Shown here one piece after another: positions 8,731 through 20,395 of a stretch of 64,000 bases of DNA. Made by a program: the position numbers and the translations under genes. The stretch comes from an uncultured Thermoanaerobaculia bacterium. GTDB taxonomy: Bacteria; Acidobacteriota; Thermoanaerobaculia; Multivoradales; Multivoraceae. The stretch covers positions 402,101 through 466,100 of the forward strand of contig CATOTG010000002.1 of assembly GCA_951813015.1 (NCBI GenBank), given 5' to 3'. Numbering within the stretch: the stretch's first letter is position 1; every line of letters starts with the position of its first letter. A model generated the notes under the pieces. The model was not told the origin of the DNA, searched no databases, and saw only the letters and a list, made by a program, of their open reading frames with translations.

Positions 8731-9837
8731 TCTTCCACCCCCGGCGATCGCCGAGTTGACGCGCAGCGCCGTTTCGAGTGCCCGCCGGCCCGCCTGACCG
8801 TCGACGTACGCGGCCGATCGGCCGCCGCAGCGGTCGAGAAACGCCTCCAGCTCCCGGCGCAGCGGCTCGCCGCGCTCCACCTCGAGGTCGGCCGGCAGGA
8901 TGCGCCCGGCCGGGCCGCCGGCCGAGGCAGACGGCGCCGTCACCGGCCTGCCGGCCGAGGCAGACACAGACGGCGCCGTCGCGGCGCCGCCCGCCGTGGC
9001 AGACGCAGACGGCGCCGTGGCCGCGCCGCCGGCGGCATCGGCGCCCACTCTGCGAAACCCCCGCACCGTCTGCTCCCGGTAGTCCAGGGAGTGGTACCGG
9101 TCCTCGAAGAACACCCGCAACTGCCGCACCCGCTCGGTCGACACGCGCGACGCGGTGAGGTTCGCGACACACCCCGACTCGAGTTCGATCCGGGCGTCCG
9201 CGATGTCTACCCGGTCGGACAAGACGTCGATTCCGACCGCCCGCACTTCACGCACCGGACTCGGATCGAGGGCATGGAGGATCTGCAGGTCGTGAATCAT
9301 CAGGTCGAGCACCACGTCCACGTCCAGGCTGCGGGGACTGAAGGGCGACAGCCGTTCGACCTCGACGAAGCGCGGCCCGTGACCCGAGGCCAGGAGTTCC
9401 TGAACGGCAGGATTGTAGAATTCGACATGGCCCACCGCCAGAAGCACTCCCCGCGCCGCCGCAGCCGCGACGAGCGCGTCCGCCTGCGCGAGGTCGACCG
9501 CGATCGGCTTTTCCACCAGGACGTGGACTCCCGCCGCGATCAGGCGTCCCGCCACGTCCAGGTGATCGACCGTCGGCACGGCGACCACGGCTGCGTCGAC
9601 GGTCCGCGCCAGCTCCTGGAGTCCACCGGCCACCCGGGCGCCGTGCTCGCCGGCAACGTCTCGGGCCCGGGCCGCGTCCGCGTCGAGCACGAACACCGAC
9701 TCGGGAACCAGCAGGTCGGCAAGGAGACGAACGTGATGGCGGCCCATCGCGCCGGCGCCGACCACCCCCGCGCGGAACCCGGACGGCGCGATCCGCGCTG
9801 CCCGTAAACCATCCCCTCCGACCGTCATCGGGCGCAC
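8728..9837 (-). CDS. Gfo/Idh/MocA-family NAD(P)-dependent oxidoreductase (candidate GnnA-like) with an internal Ala/Pro/Ser-rich tandem repeat
   Basis: N-terminal Rossmann [16 protein letters not shown], a central EKP motif and a GHVEFYNP dimerisation domain. A C-terminal insertion [44 protein letters not shown] is encoded by about 3 direct ~36-nt repeats (about 8930-9060). Confidence 0.75.
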   Translation of the reverse strand: MRPMTVGGDGLRAARIAPSGFRAGVVGAGAMGRHHVRLLADLLVPESVFVLDADAARARDVAGEHGARVAGGLQELARTVDAAVVAVPTVDHLDVAGRLIAAGVHVLVEKPIAVDLAQADALVAAAAARGVLLAVGHVEFYNPAVQELLASGHGPRFVEVERLSPFSPRSLDVDVVLDLMIHDLQILHALDPSPVREVRAVGIDVLSDRVDIADARIELESGCVANLTASRVSTERVRQLRVFFEDRYHSLDYREQTVRGFRRVGADAAGGAATAPSASATAGGAATAPSVSASAGRPVTAPSASAGGPAGRILPADLEVERGEPLRRELEAFLDRCGGRSAAYVDGQAGRRALETALRVNSAIAGGGR

Positions 9838-10014
9838 CGATGCACCGCTGCCGCGACCCGGCCTGGTCGAACCGGCTCGCCGACTCCCGCCGTCAGGACG
9901 GACTCCCGCTCTCCCGGGCGCCGGGCGCCGGCGCCGCGCAACATCGCGCAGCGACTGGCGCCGCGCAAGGCTCGGGCGAGTTGAAGGCAGGAGCCCAACA
10001 TGGAGTCCGGGACA

Positions 10015-10827
10015 CTAGGAACCGGCGCCCCGCGAGCCGCGGCGCGCCGAGCGGATGAAGCCTCTGGAGGAGCCGCGAACAAAGGCGATCAGCGCGTCCA
10101 CGTCGGCGTGCCCGGCATGCCCGGCGTCGAGCTCCTCCAGGGCCTGGGTCCGGTTCCGCCGCGAACGCGTGAGGACCCTCACGGCGCGCTCGATCGCCCG
10201 CATGTCATCCGCCGACTTCCCCTTGCGCTCCAGGCCGATGCGGTTGACGCCCATGCACGCCGGTTTGATTCCGACCGTGGTGCAGAACGGCAGTGCGTCC
10301 ATCGTGATCACGGAGTAGGCCCCGATGTAGGCGTGCCTGCCCACCCGGCAGAACTGATGAACGGCCGAGAAGGCGCCGATCACCGCATCGTCCTCCACCA
10401 CCACGTGTCCGGCCAGAGTGCCGGCGTTCGTGAACACGGTGCGGCTGCCGACCTCGCTGTCGTGGCCGACATGGCTCTGGGTCATGAACAGGTTGTCATC
10501 GCCGATGCGGGTTTCGCCGCCGCCGAACGCCGTTCCCCGATTGATCGTGCAGAACTCCCGGAACTGGTTCCGGGCGCCGATCACCAGCCGGCTGTTCTCC
10601 CCCTTGTACTTGAGGTCCTGCGGGTCGAAGCCGATCGCGGCATGAGGGAAGACGCTGTTCTCCCGACCGAGCACGGTGGCGCCGTAGATCGTCGCGTGGG
10701 CGCCGACCCTCGTGCCGGCGCCGACCCGGACACCGGCGCCGATCACTGCAAAGGGACCCACGACGACGCCGTCGCCCAACTCGGCGCCCTGGTCGACGAT
10801 GGCAGTCGGGTGGAGTTCGGTCGTCAT
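10015..10827 (-). CDS. lpxA: acyl-ACP--UDP-N-acetylglucosamine O-acyltransferase
   Basis: MTTELHPTAIVDQGAELGDGVVVGPFAVIG hexapeptide repeats plus the LpxA C-terminal helical domain. Confidence 0.9.
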   Translation of the reverse strand: MTTELHPTAIVDQGAELGDGVVVGPFAVIGAGVRVGAGTRVGAHATIYGATVLGRENSVFPHAAIGFDPQDLKYKGENSRLVIGARNQFREFCTINRGTAFGGGETRIGDDNLFMTQSHVGHDSEVGSRTVFTNAGTLAGHVVVEDDAVIGAFSAVHQFCRVGRHAYIGAYSVITMDALPFCTTVGIKPACMGVNRIGLERKGKSADDMRAIERAVRVLTRSRRNRTQALEELDAGHAGHADVDALIAFVRGSSRGFIRSARRGSRGAGS

Positions 10828-10861
10828 GGCAACCGCCGCGGCATCTGCAGCCGCCGAGCGT

Positions 10862-11328
10862 TCACGCCGGGGCCATCGCGGAGGTGCAGATCGCCTCTAC
10901 CGCCAGTTCGCCGTCCACGGTCGCCCGGCCCCGGAAGCGTGAATGCCAGGTCCGCAGGCGCAACGACTCGACCTCCATCCGCAGCTGATCGCCAGGGACG
11001 ACGGGCCTGCGGAAGCGAGCCTTCTCGATGCCGGTGAAGAAGAGCACCTTCCGATCCCGGTCCTCCATTTCGTGCAGCAGGAGCAGCGCCGCCGTCTGCG
11101 CCATCGCCTCGATCACCAGGACTCCGGGCATGATCGGATTGCCCGGAAAGTGACCGTCGAAGAAGGGCTCGTTCCGGGTCACGTTCTTGACCGCCACAAC
11201 CCGCCGGCCCGGTACCAGCTCCAGCACCCGATCGACCAGCAGCAAGGGATAGCGGTGCGGCAGCACGGCCGCGATCCAGCGCGAGTCGAAGGGGCCCAGG
11301 GGCGCGCCGTTCCCGCTCTGCTCTTCGC

Positions 11329-11332
<4 letters not shown>
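10862..11332 (-). CDS. fabZ: 3-hydroxyacyl-ACP dehydratase
   Basis: [13 protein letters not shown]...[19 protein letters not shown] hot-dog fold motif. Confidence 0.9.
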
Positions 11333-12438
<1,106 letters not shown>

Positions 12439-12647
12439 GAAACGAGCCTACCGGAAGCGCAGACGGCCGCAGGACCGGACCGGGCCCCAGTGCGCTCAGC
12501 CGATCGCCGCGATGCGCGGGCCGGAAGTGAACGAGGACGCCGCGCTTTGCCACGAACGCGATCACGGTCCCTGCGGGCGGACCGGATACGATGTGCATTC
12601 CCGCATTCAGCCCGACGCGCCTTGAACCACCTGGAGCTCTACCTGCG

Positions 12648-14030
12648 ATGAAACCTCCGACCGCGGTCCGACTTCGCCGCCACGCCCTTCCCGCCGCTGC
12701 CTCGCTGGCACTCGCCGTCGCGGCTCTCAGCCTCGCCGCACCAGCCCAGGCCTCGGACAACTGGCCCCAGTTCCGCGGCCCCGGCGCGAACCCGGCGGTC
12801 GAGGACAACCCGAACCTGCCGGACCGCTGGAGCCAGACGGAGAACGTCGAGTGGGTGACCGAGGTCCCGGGCCTCGGCTGGTCAAGTCCGATCGTCTGGG
12901 GAGACCGGGTCTTCCTCACGGCCGCGGTCGCCGAGGGCGACTTCGAACGCCCGCAGGCCGGGCTCTACGCCCCACGCGGCCGCAGCGAACCGCCCCAGGC
13001 GACCCACGACTGGCGGGTCCACTGCCTGGACCTGACGACCGGCGAGATCGTCTGGAGCCGCTCCGTCAAGACGGGAATTCCCGACTTCCCCCGCCACCAG
13101 AAGCATACGTACGCCTCTGAAACTCCAGCCACCGACGGCGAGCGGGTCTACGTCCGCTTCGGCGACCTCGGCGTCTACGCCTTCACGATGGACGGGACCC
13201 CGGTGTGGAGTTTCGACACGCCGTACCGGGAGACGATGTGGGACTACGGTTCCGCCTCCTCGCCGGTCGTGCACGACGATCAGGTGATCATCCTCTACGA
13301 CAACGAGGAAGAGTCCTGGATCGCCGCTCTCGACAAGGTCACCGGCGAACAGCGATGGCGCACCGACCGCGACGAGGTCTCGAGCTGGGCCACGCCGCTG
13401 GTGTGGACCAACGAGGCACGCACCGAGATCGTGACCAACGGCAAGAACCGCATCCGCTCCTACAGTCTCGACGGGGAACTCCTGTGGGAGATGGACGGCC
13501 GCATGTCGTGGGCAGCGATCGCGACTCCCTTTGCCGCCCACGACATGGTCTACGTGAACTCGGGCTACTTCCAGGACCAGCGCCGGCCGGTGTTCGCCAT
13601 CCGTCCGGGCGCCCTGGGCGACATCACCCTCGAAGGGGACGCGACCGAGAGCGAGTTCGTCGCCTGGCACCAGCCAAAGGCCGGCAACTACAACACCTCG
13701 CCCCTGGTCTACAAGGGCGTCTACTACAGCCTGCTGGACCGCGGCTTCTTCGAAGCGTACGACGCGTTGACGGGTGAGCCGGTGTACGGTCGCCAGCGGG
13801 TCGCTCCGCGCGGCGGCGCCAGCTTCACCTCATCGCCGTGGGCCTACAACGACCGTGTCTTTGCGCTGAGCGAGCAGGGCGACACCTACGTCATCCGGGC
13901 CGGCGCCGAGTACGAGGTCCTGCACATGAACAGCCTCGACGAGATGGTCATGGCGTCTCCCGCGGTCGCGGGCGACAGGCTGCTGATCCGCACCCGGTCG
14001 AAGCTCTACAGCATCAGAAACACCGACTAG
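12648..14030 (+). CDS. secreted PQQ-like beta-propeller repeat protein (BamB/PQQ-enzyme-repeat family)
   Basis: ATG at 12648 and a signal peptide LALAVAALSLAAPAQA. Repeated W/A-x-D-x-x-TG-x-x-x-W propeller blades (LDLTTGEIVWSR, LDKVTGEQRWR, YDALTGEPVYG). Confidence 0.75.
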   Translation: MKPPTAVRLRRHALPAAASLALAVAALSLAAPAQASDNWPQFRGPGANPAVEDNPNLPDRWSQTENVEWVTEVPGLGWSSPIVWGDRVFLTAAVAEGDFERPQAGLYAPRGRSEPPQATHDWRVHCLDLTTGEIVWSRSVKTGIPDFPRHQKHTYASETPATDGERVYVRFGDLGVYAFTMDGTPVWSFDTPYRETMWDYGSASSPVVHDDQVIILYDNEEESWIAALDKVTGEQRWRTDRDEVSSWATPLVWTNEARTEIVTNGKNRIRSYSLDGELLWEMDGRMSWAAIATPFAAHDMVYVNSGYFQDQRRPVFAIRPGALGDITLEGDATESEFVAWHQPKAGNYNTSPLVYKGVYYSLLDRGFFEAYDALTGEPVYGRQRVAPRGGASFTSSPWAYNDRVFALSEQGDTYVIRAGAEYEVLHMNSLDEMVMASPAVAGDRLLIRTRSKLYSIRNTD

Positions 14031-14039
14031 CAGCGGCAA

Positions 14040-14591
14040 CTACTCGCCGGGCGTCGCGGGATGGGCCGCGTTGTAGCGCTCGATGATCAGGTTCGTGATG
14101 TCGGCCGCATCGGCGGAGTACAGCAAGCCCCCCTGGAACTTGTTGAAGATCGCCGTGTAACCGAACTCCCGGCCCACCTGGGCGATGATCGGCAGGACGG
14201 CCTGTTCGATCTCGCCGAATCTCTCCGCCTGCACCTTCTGCATCTCGCGGTTCGCGTCGTCCTGGGAGCGTTGCAGCCCGATCGTCATGTCCTCGAGCTG
14301 CTTCTCCATCTCCGCCAGGCGGTCCTCCGCCAGGGTCAGGCGGCCGTCGTTGTACTGCTTCTGCAGCGCCGCCAACTGTTCCTGCCGACCCTGAAGTTCC
14401 GTCTGCTTCTGGTCTCTGAGCCTGGTCAGTTCCTGGACCGCGACCTGGCCACGGCCCGACTCCTGCAGCAGTCGCTCGACCTCGATCACCGCGATCTTGC
14501 TCTGGGCGAGGACCGGTCCCGAGGCCAGAGCCCCCAGGAGGACGGCCCCCGCGACGAATGCGGCGCGAGTACTGGGTATCTTGGCTTTCAT
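14040..14591 (-). CDS. skp: periplasmic chaperone Skp/OmpH
   Basis: 183 aa with a signal peptide and a coiled-coil-rich OmpH-family sequence, directly downstream of bamA. Confidence 0.8.
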   Translation of the reverse strand: MKAKIPSTRAAFVAGAVLLGALASGPVLAQSKIAVIEVERLLQESGRGQVAVQELTRLRDQKQTELQGRQEQLAALQKQYNDGRLTLAEDRLAEMEKQLEDMTIGLQRSQDDANREMQKVQAERFGEIEQAVLPIIAQVGREFGYTAIFNKFQGGLLYSADAADITNLIIERYNAAHPATPGE

Positions 14592-14620
14592 GCGGTGTTC
14601 TCCGTTGAAGCTGGGGACCC

Positions 14621-17038
14621 TTAGAAGCTGGTCCCGATGCTGAAGTCGAAGCTGTCGAAGCGCTCGCGGTCGAAACCGCCGAGGTCGTCGAGGGGATTCA
14701 GGTTCGTAGCGTAGATGAACCGGAGCGGCGCGCCAAGGATCGGCACGTTCACCCGCAGCTCGATTCCGGCGGACATCCTCATGTGGCTGAAGTCGACATC
14801 CTGATCGTCGCCGTACACGTTGCCGGCGTCGAGGAAGGCGACCACCCGGAAGGGGCCGTTGACCAGAGTGTGGTGCTCGAGGTTGATCACGACGCTCTTG
14901 TTGCCGCCCTGGGGGAAGCCGTTCTGGTCGAGCAGCGTCCGCCCGGTTTCCGGATCACGCACCCAGATCGACCGGAAGGCGTAGCCCCGAAGGCTGTTCT
15001 CCCCGCCGAGCAGATACCGGTCAAGGAAGAACAACTGACGGAGGTTGCCCGTCCCGTCCGTGCCGAACGGCTCGATGTAGCCGAGCTGGATGTTGGCCCG
15101 GCCGACCGTGCGCCAGGCGCCCCGGGTCAGCGGCGTGGTGAAGGCCGCGGTCAGCGACGGCCTGATGAAGAACGACTCGCCGCCCAAGGGTCCGCCCGCG
15201 TACTCGAGCGAAGCGATCAGGCGTCGGCCGCGCGTCGGTTCGAGTCGGTGGTCGTGGCTGTCGTACTGGTACGTCGCGGTGAGCGATCGCCGGTTGAACT
15301 GAAACGCCTGCTCGATCGTGTCGCTCGTCGTCTCGTCCCGTTCCTCCGGGTCCACGAAGAAGAAGAACGTCTGCGACTGGAAACTCTCGATGTCCATGTT
15401 GCTGTACGCCAACTGGACGAGTTCCCATCGCCGGAACGACCGGCCGAAGGAGACGACGCCGCCCGCCTCCTTGCTGCGATAGCGCTGGTCGACGAGCAGG
15501 TCGAAGTCCGTGTCGCGGTTGAACAACTGGACGCCGATGTTCTGCGGCCGGTCCTTGATCCAGGGCATGTAGTAGGAGACGTCGAAGATGTCGCGGTAGC
15601 GGCCGGTCTGGATTGACACGCCGACGGTCTCGCCGCGGCCAAGGAAGTTCCGCGTACGGAGAGCCGACTGGACGAAGAAGCCGTCCAGTTCGCTGTAGCC
15701 GCCGCCGAACTGGACCTCGGTCTGCCCCGTTTCCGTCCCCTGGACGATCAGATCGACCTGCTGGTCATCCGTGTCGTAGTTCACCTCGACCGGATCGTCG
15801 TCGTTCACCACGTAGTACTCGAGTTGACTGAGGCGCAGCAGGCTGGTGCGGAGCATGCCCGAGTTGAAGACATCGCCCTCCTTCAGCAGCATCTGGCGCC
15901 GGAGCACGCGATCCCGCGTGCGGTCGTTGCCGGTGAACTCGAGTCGACCCACCCGGAACTGATCGTTCTCGTCGACCGTCACCAGCACGTCCGCGACCAG
16001 ATCGTCGCGTTCGATGATCTCCATCTTCACGTCCGCGAAGATGTAGCCGCTGTTGCGGTAGAGCTCGCCGATCTGCTCGACTCCCTCGTCGATCACGTCC
16101 GAGCGCAGCCAGCCGCCCTGGGGATCCTTGAACGCCCGGCGCAACAGCCCTTCCGGCAACACCTCGGCGCCCTCGATATCGATCTCCCCCAGCCTCCAGC
16201 GCGGCCCTTCCTCGATCGGCACGACCAGGCCGAGCTGCCTCTTGCGGTCCTCGAGCCGGTCCGCGTTCGGCTTGCGCTCGATCACGTCGAGCTCCGGCTC
16301 GCCGACCTCGACATCCTTGTAGCCGAAGCGGCGATAGATGTCCTTGACCTTGTCGAGGTCCTCCTCGACCGTGGCCGAGTTGAAGACATCGCGCTTGCGA
16401 ATCCGGGTCAGCAGGTTCGACTTCTTCGTCTTCTCCATCTGGCGGCGCAGCTTGCCGGCGGAGAAGACCTCGTTGCCTTCGAAGTCGACCTGGCCGATCT
16501 TGACCCGGCCGCCCTCGTCTACCGTGATGAGAACGCGCTTCTCGCCCAGGCCCGCGTCCTGCACCTCGACATGCACTCCGGCGAAGCGGAAGCCCCGCTC
16601 TTCGTAGAGCTTCCTGATTGCCTGCTCGAGGCGAGCCAGTTCGCCGAGGTCGAGCGGCAGATCCTCGTACACCGAGATGCGCTCCCGATCCGTCATGTCG
16701 CCGATGTCGCTGCGCTTGAGCTTCTTCAGCCCGTCGTATTCGAGCGAGGTCAGAAGGGGCCGCTCGGTGATCGTCACCCTCACGCCCACGCCTTCTCCCG
16801 CCGCCTCGGACTCCACCTGGATGTCGTCGATCAGTTCACGCTCCCAGAGCTCCTTGATCCGGTCGTTCAGCCGACCCGGATCCCAGGGCTTTCCCGGCTC
16901 GAGATCGAGGTAGTAGCTCAGGCTCTCTTCGCTCAGCGTCTCCACGCCGGTGTACTCGACCGACACGATCGGCCGACCGACCAGGAGCTGCGCCGCCACG
17001 GGGGACACGACCAGAAGCACGGTCAGCAGAGCACCCAT
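14621..17038 (-). CDS. bamA: outer membrane protein assembly factor BamA
   Basis: Signal peptide MGALLTVLLVVSPVAA (ATG at 17036-17038), POTRA repeats and a C-terminal 16-strand beta-barrel ending in ...FDFSIGTSF. The track ORF over-extends N-terminally. Confidence 0.9.
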   Translation of the reverse strand: MGALLTVLLVVSPVAAQLLVGRPIVSVEYTGVETLSEESLSYYLDLEPGKPWDPGRLNDRIKELWERELIDDIQVESEAAGEGVGVRVTITERPLLTSLEYDGLKKLKRSDIGDMTDRERISVYEDLPLDLGELARLEQAIRKLYEERGFRFAGVHVEVQDAGLGEKRVLITVDEGGRVKIGQVDFEGNEVFSAGKLRRQMEKTKKSNLLTRIRKRDVFNSATVEEDLDKVKDIYRRFGYKDVEVGEPELDVIERKPNADRLEDRKRQLGLVVPIEEGPRWRLGEIDIEGAEVLPEGLLRRAFKDPQGGWLRSDVIDEGVEQIGELYRNSGYIFADVKMEIIERDDLVADVLVTVDENDQFRVGRLEFTGNDRTRDRVLRRQMLLKEGDVFNSGMLRTSLLRLSQLEYYVVNDDDPVEVNYDTDDQQVDLIVQGTETGQTEVQFGGGYSELDGFFVQSALRTRNFLGRGETVGVSIQTGRYRDIFDVSYYMPWIKDRPQNIGVQLFNRDTDFDLLVDQRYRSKEAGGVVSFGRSFRRWELVQLAYSNMDIESFQSQTFFFFVDPEERDETTSDTIEQAFQFNRRSLTATYQYDSHDHRLEPTRGRRLIASLEYAGGPLGGESFFIRPSLTAAFTTPLTRGAWRTVGRANIQLGYIEPFGTDGTGNLRQLFFLDRYLLGGENSLRGYAFRSIWVRDPETGRTLLDQNGFPQGGNKSVVINLEHHTLVNGPFRVVAFLDAGNVYGDDQDVDFSHMRMSAGIELRVNVPILGAPLRFIYATNLNPLDDLGGFDRERFDSFDFSIGTSF

Positions 17039-17129
17039 CCGCACCGCGAGGGAGAGACGGCGCAACTCCGGTTTCCGTACGAATCGATCGGTCCTCCGCG
17101 AGATCAGCTCGGGGTTCCGCAAGACTTGA

Positions 17130-19646
17130 TCAGGTTTCCGCAAGAGCAGGTTCCTCCTCATGCGCTGCCGGTTCGCCCGCCGGGGGTCGTTCTTCGCTGG
17201 CCGGGGACACGTCCAGGACCAGATCGCTGCCTTCCGGCGAGCCGTCGCCGTCCACGTCACGCCGCCGGGTCGGCCCCAGGTCGACCTGGATCCGGCGGAT
17301 CTCGGCGCCGGTGAGCTGGATCAGCAGGTCGGACACCGCATCCTGAACGTAACGCTGAATCGTCCGGCGGAGCGGCCGGGCGCCGGTTGACGGGTCGATC
17401 CCCGCCTGCTCGAGCAGCCATTCCCGTGCGGCGGGAGTCACGTCCACCGCCAGACCACGGTCGGCGAGCGTTTCGTTCACGTCCGACAGCAGCAGATCGA
17501 CGATCGCCCGCAACTCCGCCCGCCCCAGCGGATTGAACACGATCGTCTCGTCGATCCGGTTGATGAACTCGGGGCTGAAGAAACGCCGGAGTTCGGCAAG
17601 GGTCTCCTCCCGTATCCGGGCGAAGTCGTCATCCGAGGAGGCGCCGCCGAAACCCATCCGCCCCCCCTTGAGGACGAGTTGGCTGCCCAGGTTCGACGTC
17701 AGCAGCACGATCGAGTGGCGGAAGTCGACGTGGTTTCCGTAAGCGTCCGTCAGGGTGCCCTCCTCCAGGATCTGCAACAACAGGCCCGAGATGTCCGGAT
17801 GCGCCTTTTCGATCTCGTCGAAGAGGATCAGCGAGTACGGCTGACGCCGCACCCGCTCGGTCAGCTGACCGCCCTCCTCGTAGCCGACATAGCCCGGCGG
17901 AGAACCGATCAGCCTGGACGCCGCGTGCTTCTCCATGTACTCGCTCATGTCGAATCGCAGCAGGGCGTTCTGGCTGCCGAAGAGGAACTCGGCGAGTCGC
18001 CGCGCCACCTCCGTCTTGCCGACACCGCTCGGCCCCAGGAAGATGAAGGAGCCCACCGGCCGCCGGGGATCGGAGACACCGAGCCGGGACCTGCGGATCG
18101 CGCGGCTGATCGCGCGGACGGCCCGTTCCTGGCCCACGATCCGCTGCCGCAGCACGTCCTCCATGTTCATCAGCCGCCGTGCCTCGTCACCGCGCAGAGC
18201 GGCCACGGGCACGCCGGTCCAGGAGGCAATCACCTCCTCCACATCCTGGGCAGTCACGACTTGATCTCCAAGGCCTCCGTCGTGCAACCGCTCCATGCTC
18301 TCCAGATCTTCCCGCAATTCGATTTCCCGCTCCCGGTAGCGGACCGCGCAGTCGAAGTCCTTGTCGGAAATCGCCGCCTTCATCTCGGCGACAACCTGCC
18401 GGATCTCGGTCTCGATCCGGCGCGTCTGCGTCGTGTCTCTCACGCGGCGAAGCTTGACCCTGGCGCCAGCCTCGTCCATCACGTCGATTGACTTGTCCGG
18501 CTGGAAGCGGTCGGGGATGTAGCGGTTCGACCCGGCCACCGCGGCCCGGAGCGCCCCATCCTCGTACGCCACCTTGTGGAAGCCCTGGTAACGCTCTCTA
18601 AGGCCCACCAGGATGTCGTACGTCTCGTCGGCGGTCGGCGGATCGACCTGGACCGCCTGGAACCGCCGCAGCAGCGAGCGGTCCTTTTCGACGTACCGCC
18701 GGTACTCGCGGCCCGTCGTGGCGCCGATGCAGGCGATATCGCCCCTCGACAGGGCCGGCTTGAGGATGTTCGCCGCGTCGAGCGAGCCCTCGGCCGAGCC
18801 CGCCCCAACCAATGCGTGGATCTCGTCGATGAAGACGAGCACGTCCTCTCCCTCCTCCAGTTCCTTCAGGATGCCCTTCAGGCGTTCTTCGAACTGCCCC
18901 CGGTACTTCGTCCCCGCGACGATCAGCGACAGGTCGAGGGCGATGAGGCGCTTGTCCGCCAGGAACCGCGGCACCCGGCCCAGCACCACCCTCTGAGCCA
19001 GCCCTTCCACGATCGCCGTCTTCCCTACCCCCGGCTCGCCGAGGAGGATCGGGTTGTTCTTCGTGCGCCGGGCAAGAATCTGGACGATCCTGCCGACTTC
19101 ATCCTCGCGCCCGATGAGCGGATCGAACTGATCCTGCCGGGCGAGCGCGGTCAGGTCGCGGCCGAACTCGCCAAGAAAGGGCAGTTCCTGCTTCTCTCGC
19201 CGTTTGGCGCGCTCCCGCGTGACTTGCGCGACCTCTTCGCGCACGCTTGCGACCTCGAACCCGTACTGCACCAGAATCCGCTGCGCCAGGCAGCCATCGA
19301 CCCGAAGCACGCCGATCAGCAGGTGCTCCGAACCGACCGAAGAGTGGACCATGCTCTCCGCCTCGTGCGAGGCGTACGCGAGGATCTTCTTCGACTCCTC
19401 GGAGAGCGGCAGCTCGGCGGTCGACGAAATGCGCTCGACGAACACCCGTTCGCCCTCGATCTCGCGCCGCAGGTCCTCCGGCTTGACCCCGAGCCGCTGG
19501 AGCAGTTCGACGATCGAGTCCTCCCCTTCCCGCAGGACGCCGAGCAGGATGTGCTCCGACTCGATGACGCGGCTACCCAGCTTGCTCGCCTCGTAGCGGG
19601 CGAAGAACAGCGCACGACGCGCCTTTTCGTTGTACTTCTCGAACAC
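17130..19646 (-). CDS. clpC: ATP-dependent Clp protease ATP-binding subunit ClpC/ClpA-type (two AAA+ modules)
   Basis: Clp-N repeats and Walker A GEPGVGKT and GPSGVGKT. The UVR-like middle region makes it ClpC-type. The acidic C-terminal tail is an extension. GTG start at about 19646. Confidence 0.85.
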   Translation of the reverse strand: MFEKYNEKARRALFFARYEASKLGSRVIESEHILLGVLREGEDSIVELLQRLGVKPEDLRREIEGERVFVERISSTAELPLSEESKKILAYASHEAESMVHSSVGSEHLLIGVLRVDGCLAQRILVQYGFEVASVREEVAQVTRERAKRREKQELPFLGEFGRDLTALARQDQFDPLIGREDEVGRIVQILARRTKNNPILLGEPGVGKTAIVEGLAQRVVLGRVPRFLADKRLIALDLSLIVAGTKYRGQFEERLKGILKELEEGEDVLVFIDEIHALVGAGSAEGSLDAANILKPALSRGDIACIGATTGREYRRYVEKDRSLLRRFQAVQVDPPTADETYDILVGLRERYQGFHKVAYEDGALRAAVAGSNRYIPDRFQPDKSIDVMDEAGARVKLRRVRDTTQTRRIETEIRQVVAEMKAAISDKDFDCAVRYREREIELREDLESMERLHDGGLGDQVVTAQDVEEVIASWTGVPVAALRGDEARRLMNMEDVLRQRIVGQERAVRAISRAIRRSRLGVSDPRRPVGSFIFLGPSGVGKTEVARRLAEFLFGSQNALLRFDMSEYMEKHAASRLIGSPPGYVGYEEGGQLTERVRRQPYSLILFDEIEKAHPDISGLLLQILEEGTLTDAYGNHVDFRHSIVLLTSNLGSQLVLKGGRMGFGGASSDDDFARIREETLAELRRFFSPEFINRIDETIVFNPLGRAELRAIVDLLLSDVNETLADRGLAVDVTPAAREWLLEQAGIDPSTGARPLRRTIQRYVQDAVSDLLIQLTGAEIRRIQVDLGPTRRRDVDGDGSPEGSDLVLDVSPASEERPPAGEPAAHEEEPALAET

Positions 19647-19690
19647 GGAGTTACCTGCTTTCGACGCTACGCGCCCGCTCGGGCCGCAGT

Positions 19691-20395
19691 CTATCGACGC
19701 TGCCGGTTCAGCGGGCGCCCCGGCGCCTGGTGGCGCGCCAGCCGCCCTCCGTCGAGCAGCAGGGTCCTGCCGCATCGACTCGCCACCGCCGGGTTGTGCG
19801 TCACCAGCACCAACGTGGTTGCCCGCCGCTGCCTGAGGTCGTTCAACAGCTCCAGCACCCGCGCCCCGCTGGTCGCGTCCAGATTGCCGGTCGGTTCGTC
19901 GGCGAGCAGAACCGGCGGTTCCAGCATCAGCGCCCGGCAGATCGCCACGCGCTGCCGCTCGCCGCCGGAGAGCTGCTGGGGAAAGTCGCCGGCACGGTCC
20001 CTGAGCCCGACCTGCCCGAGCAGTTCCAGCCCCTCGGTCACAAGCGACGCTGCCGAGCGACCCGCAATCCGCCCCGGCATGGTCACGTTCTCGAGCGCGG
20101 TGAAGTCGGGCAGCAACTGGTGAAACTGAAACACGAAGCCGAGGGAGCGGTTGCGGAACCCGGCCAGCGCCGCCGGCCTCGCGGCCGAGAGTTCGACCCC
20201 GTCTATCCGCACCGTGCCGGCGTCCGGCGTGTCGAGCGCCCCGAGGATGTTCAGCAAGGTCGACTTCCCTGAACCCGAGGGGCCGACGATGGCGACCGTC
20301 TCGCCGCGGCCGACCTCGAGGTCGACACCGCGCAGCACCTCGCGCCGGGCCTCGCCGTCCCGGTAGGCCTTGGTCACTCCGGCGACGAAGATCAC
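19691..20395 (-). CDS. lolD: lipoprotein-releasing ABC transporter ATP-binding protein (LolD/MacB-type ATPase)
   Basis: GPSGSGKSTLLN Walker A, LSGGERQRVAICRAL signature and a 4-nt overlap with the upstream FtsX-type permease. Confidence 0.8.
   Translation of the reverse strand: MIFVAGVTKAYRDGEARREVLRGVDLEVGRGETVAIVGPSGSGKSTLLNILGALDTPDAGTVRIDGVELSAARPAALAGFRNRSLGFVFQFHQLLPDFTALENVTMPGRIAGRSAASLVTEGLELLGQVGLRDRAGDFPQQLSGGERQRVAICRALMLEPPVLLADEPTGNLDATSGARVLELLNDLRQRRATTLVLVTHNPAVASRCGRTLLLDGGRLARHQAPGRPLNRQRR

Noticed and set aside
8900-9082. Possible CRISPR-like or minisatellite array in 8930-9060
   Set aside because: Only about 3 imperfect ~36-nt direct repeats, in frame inside an oxidoreductase gene, with no spacer-like unique segments. 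No CRISPR arrays found anywhere in the window.
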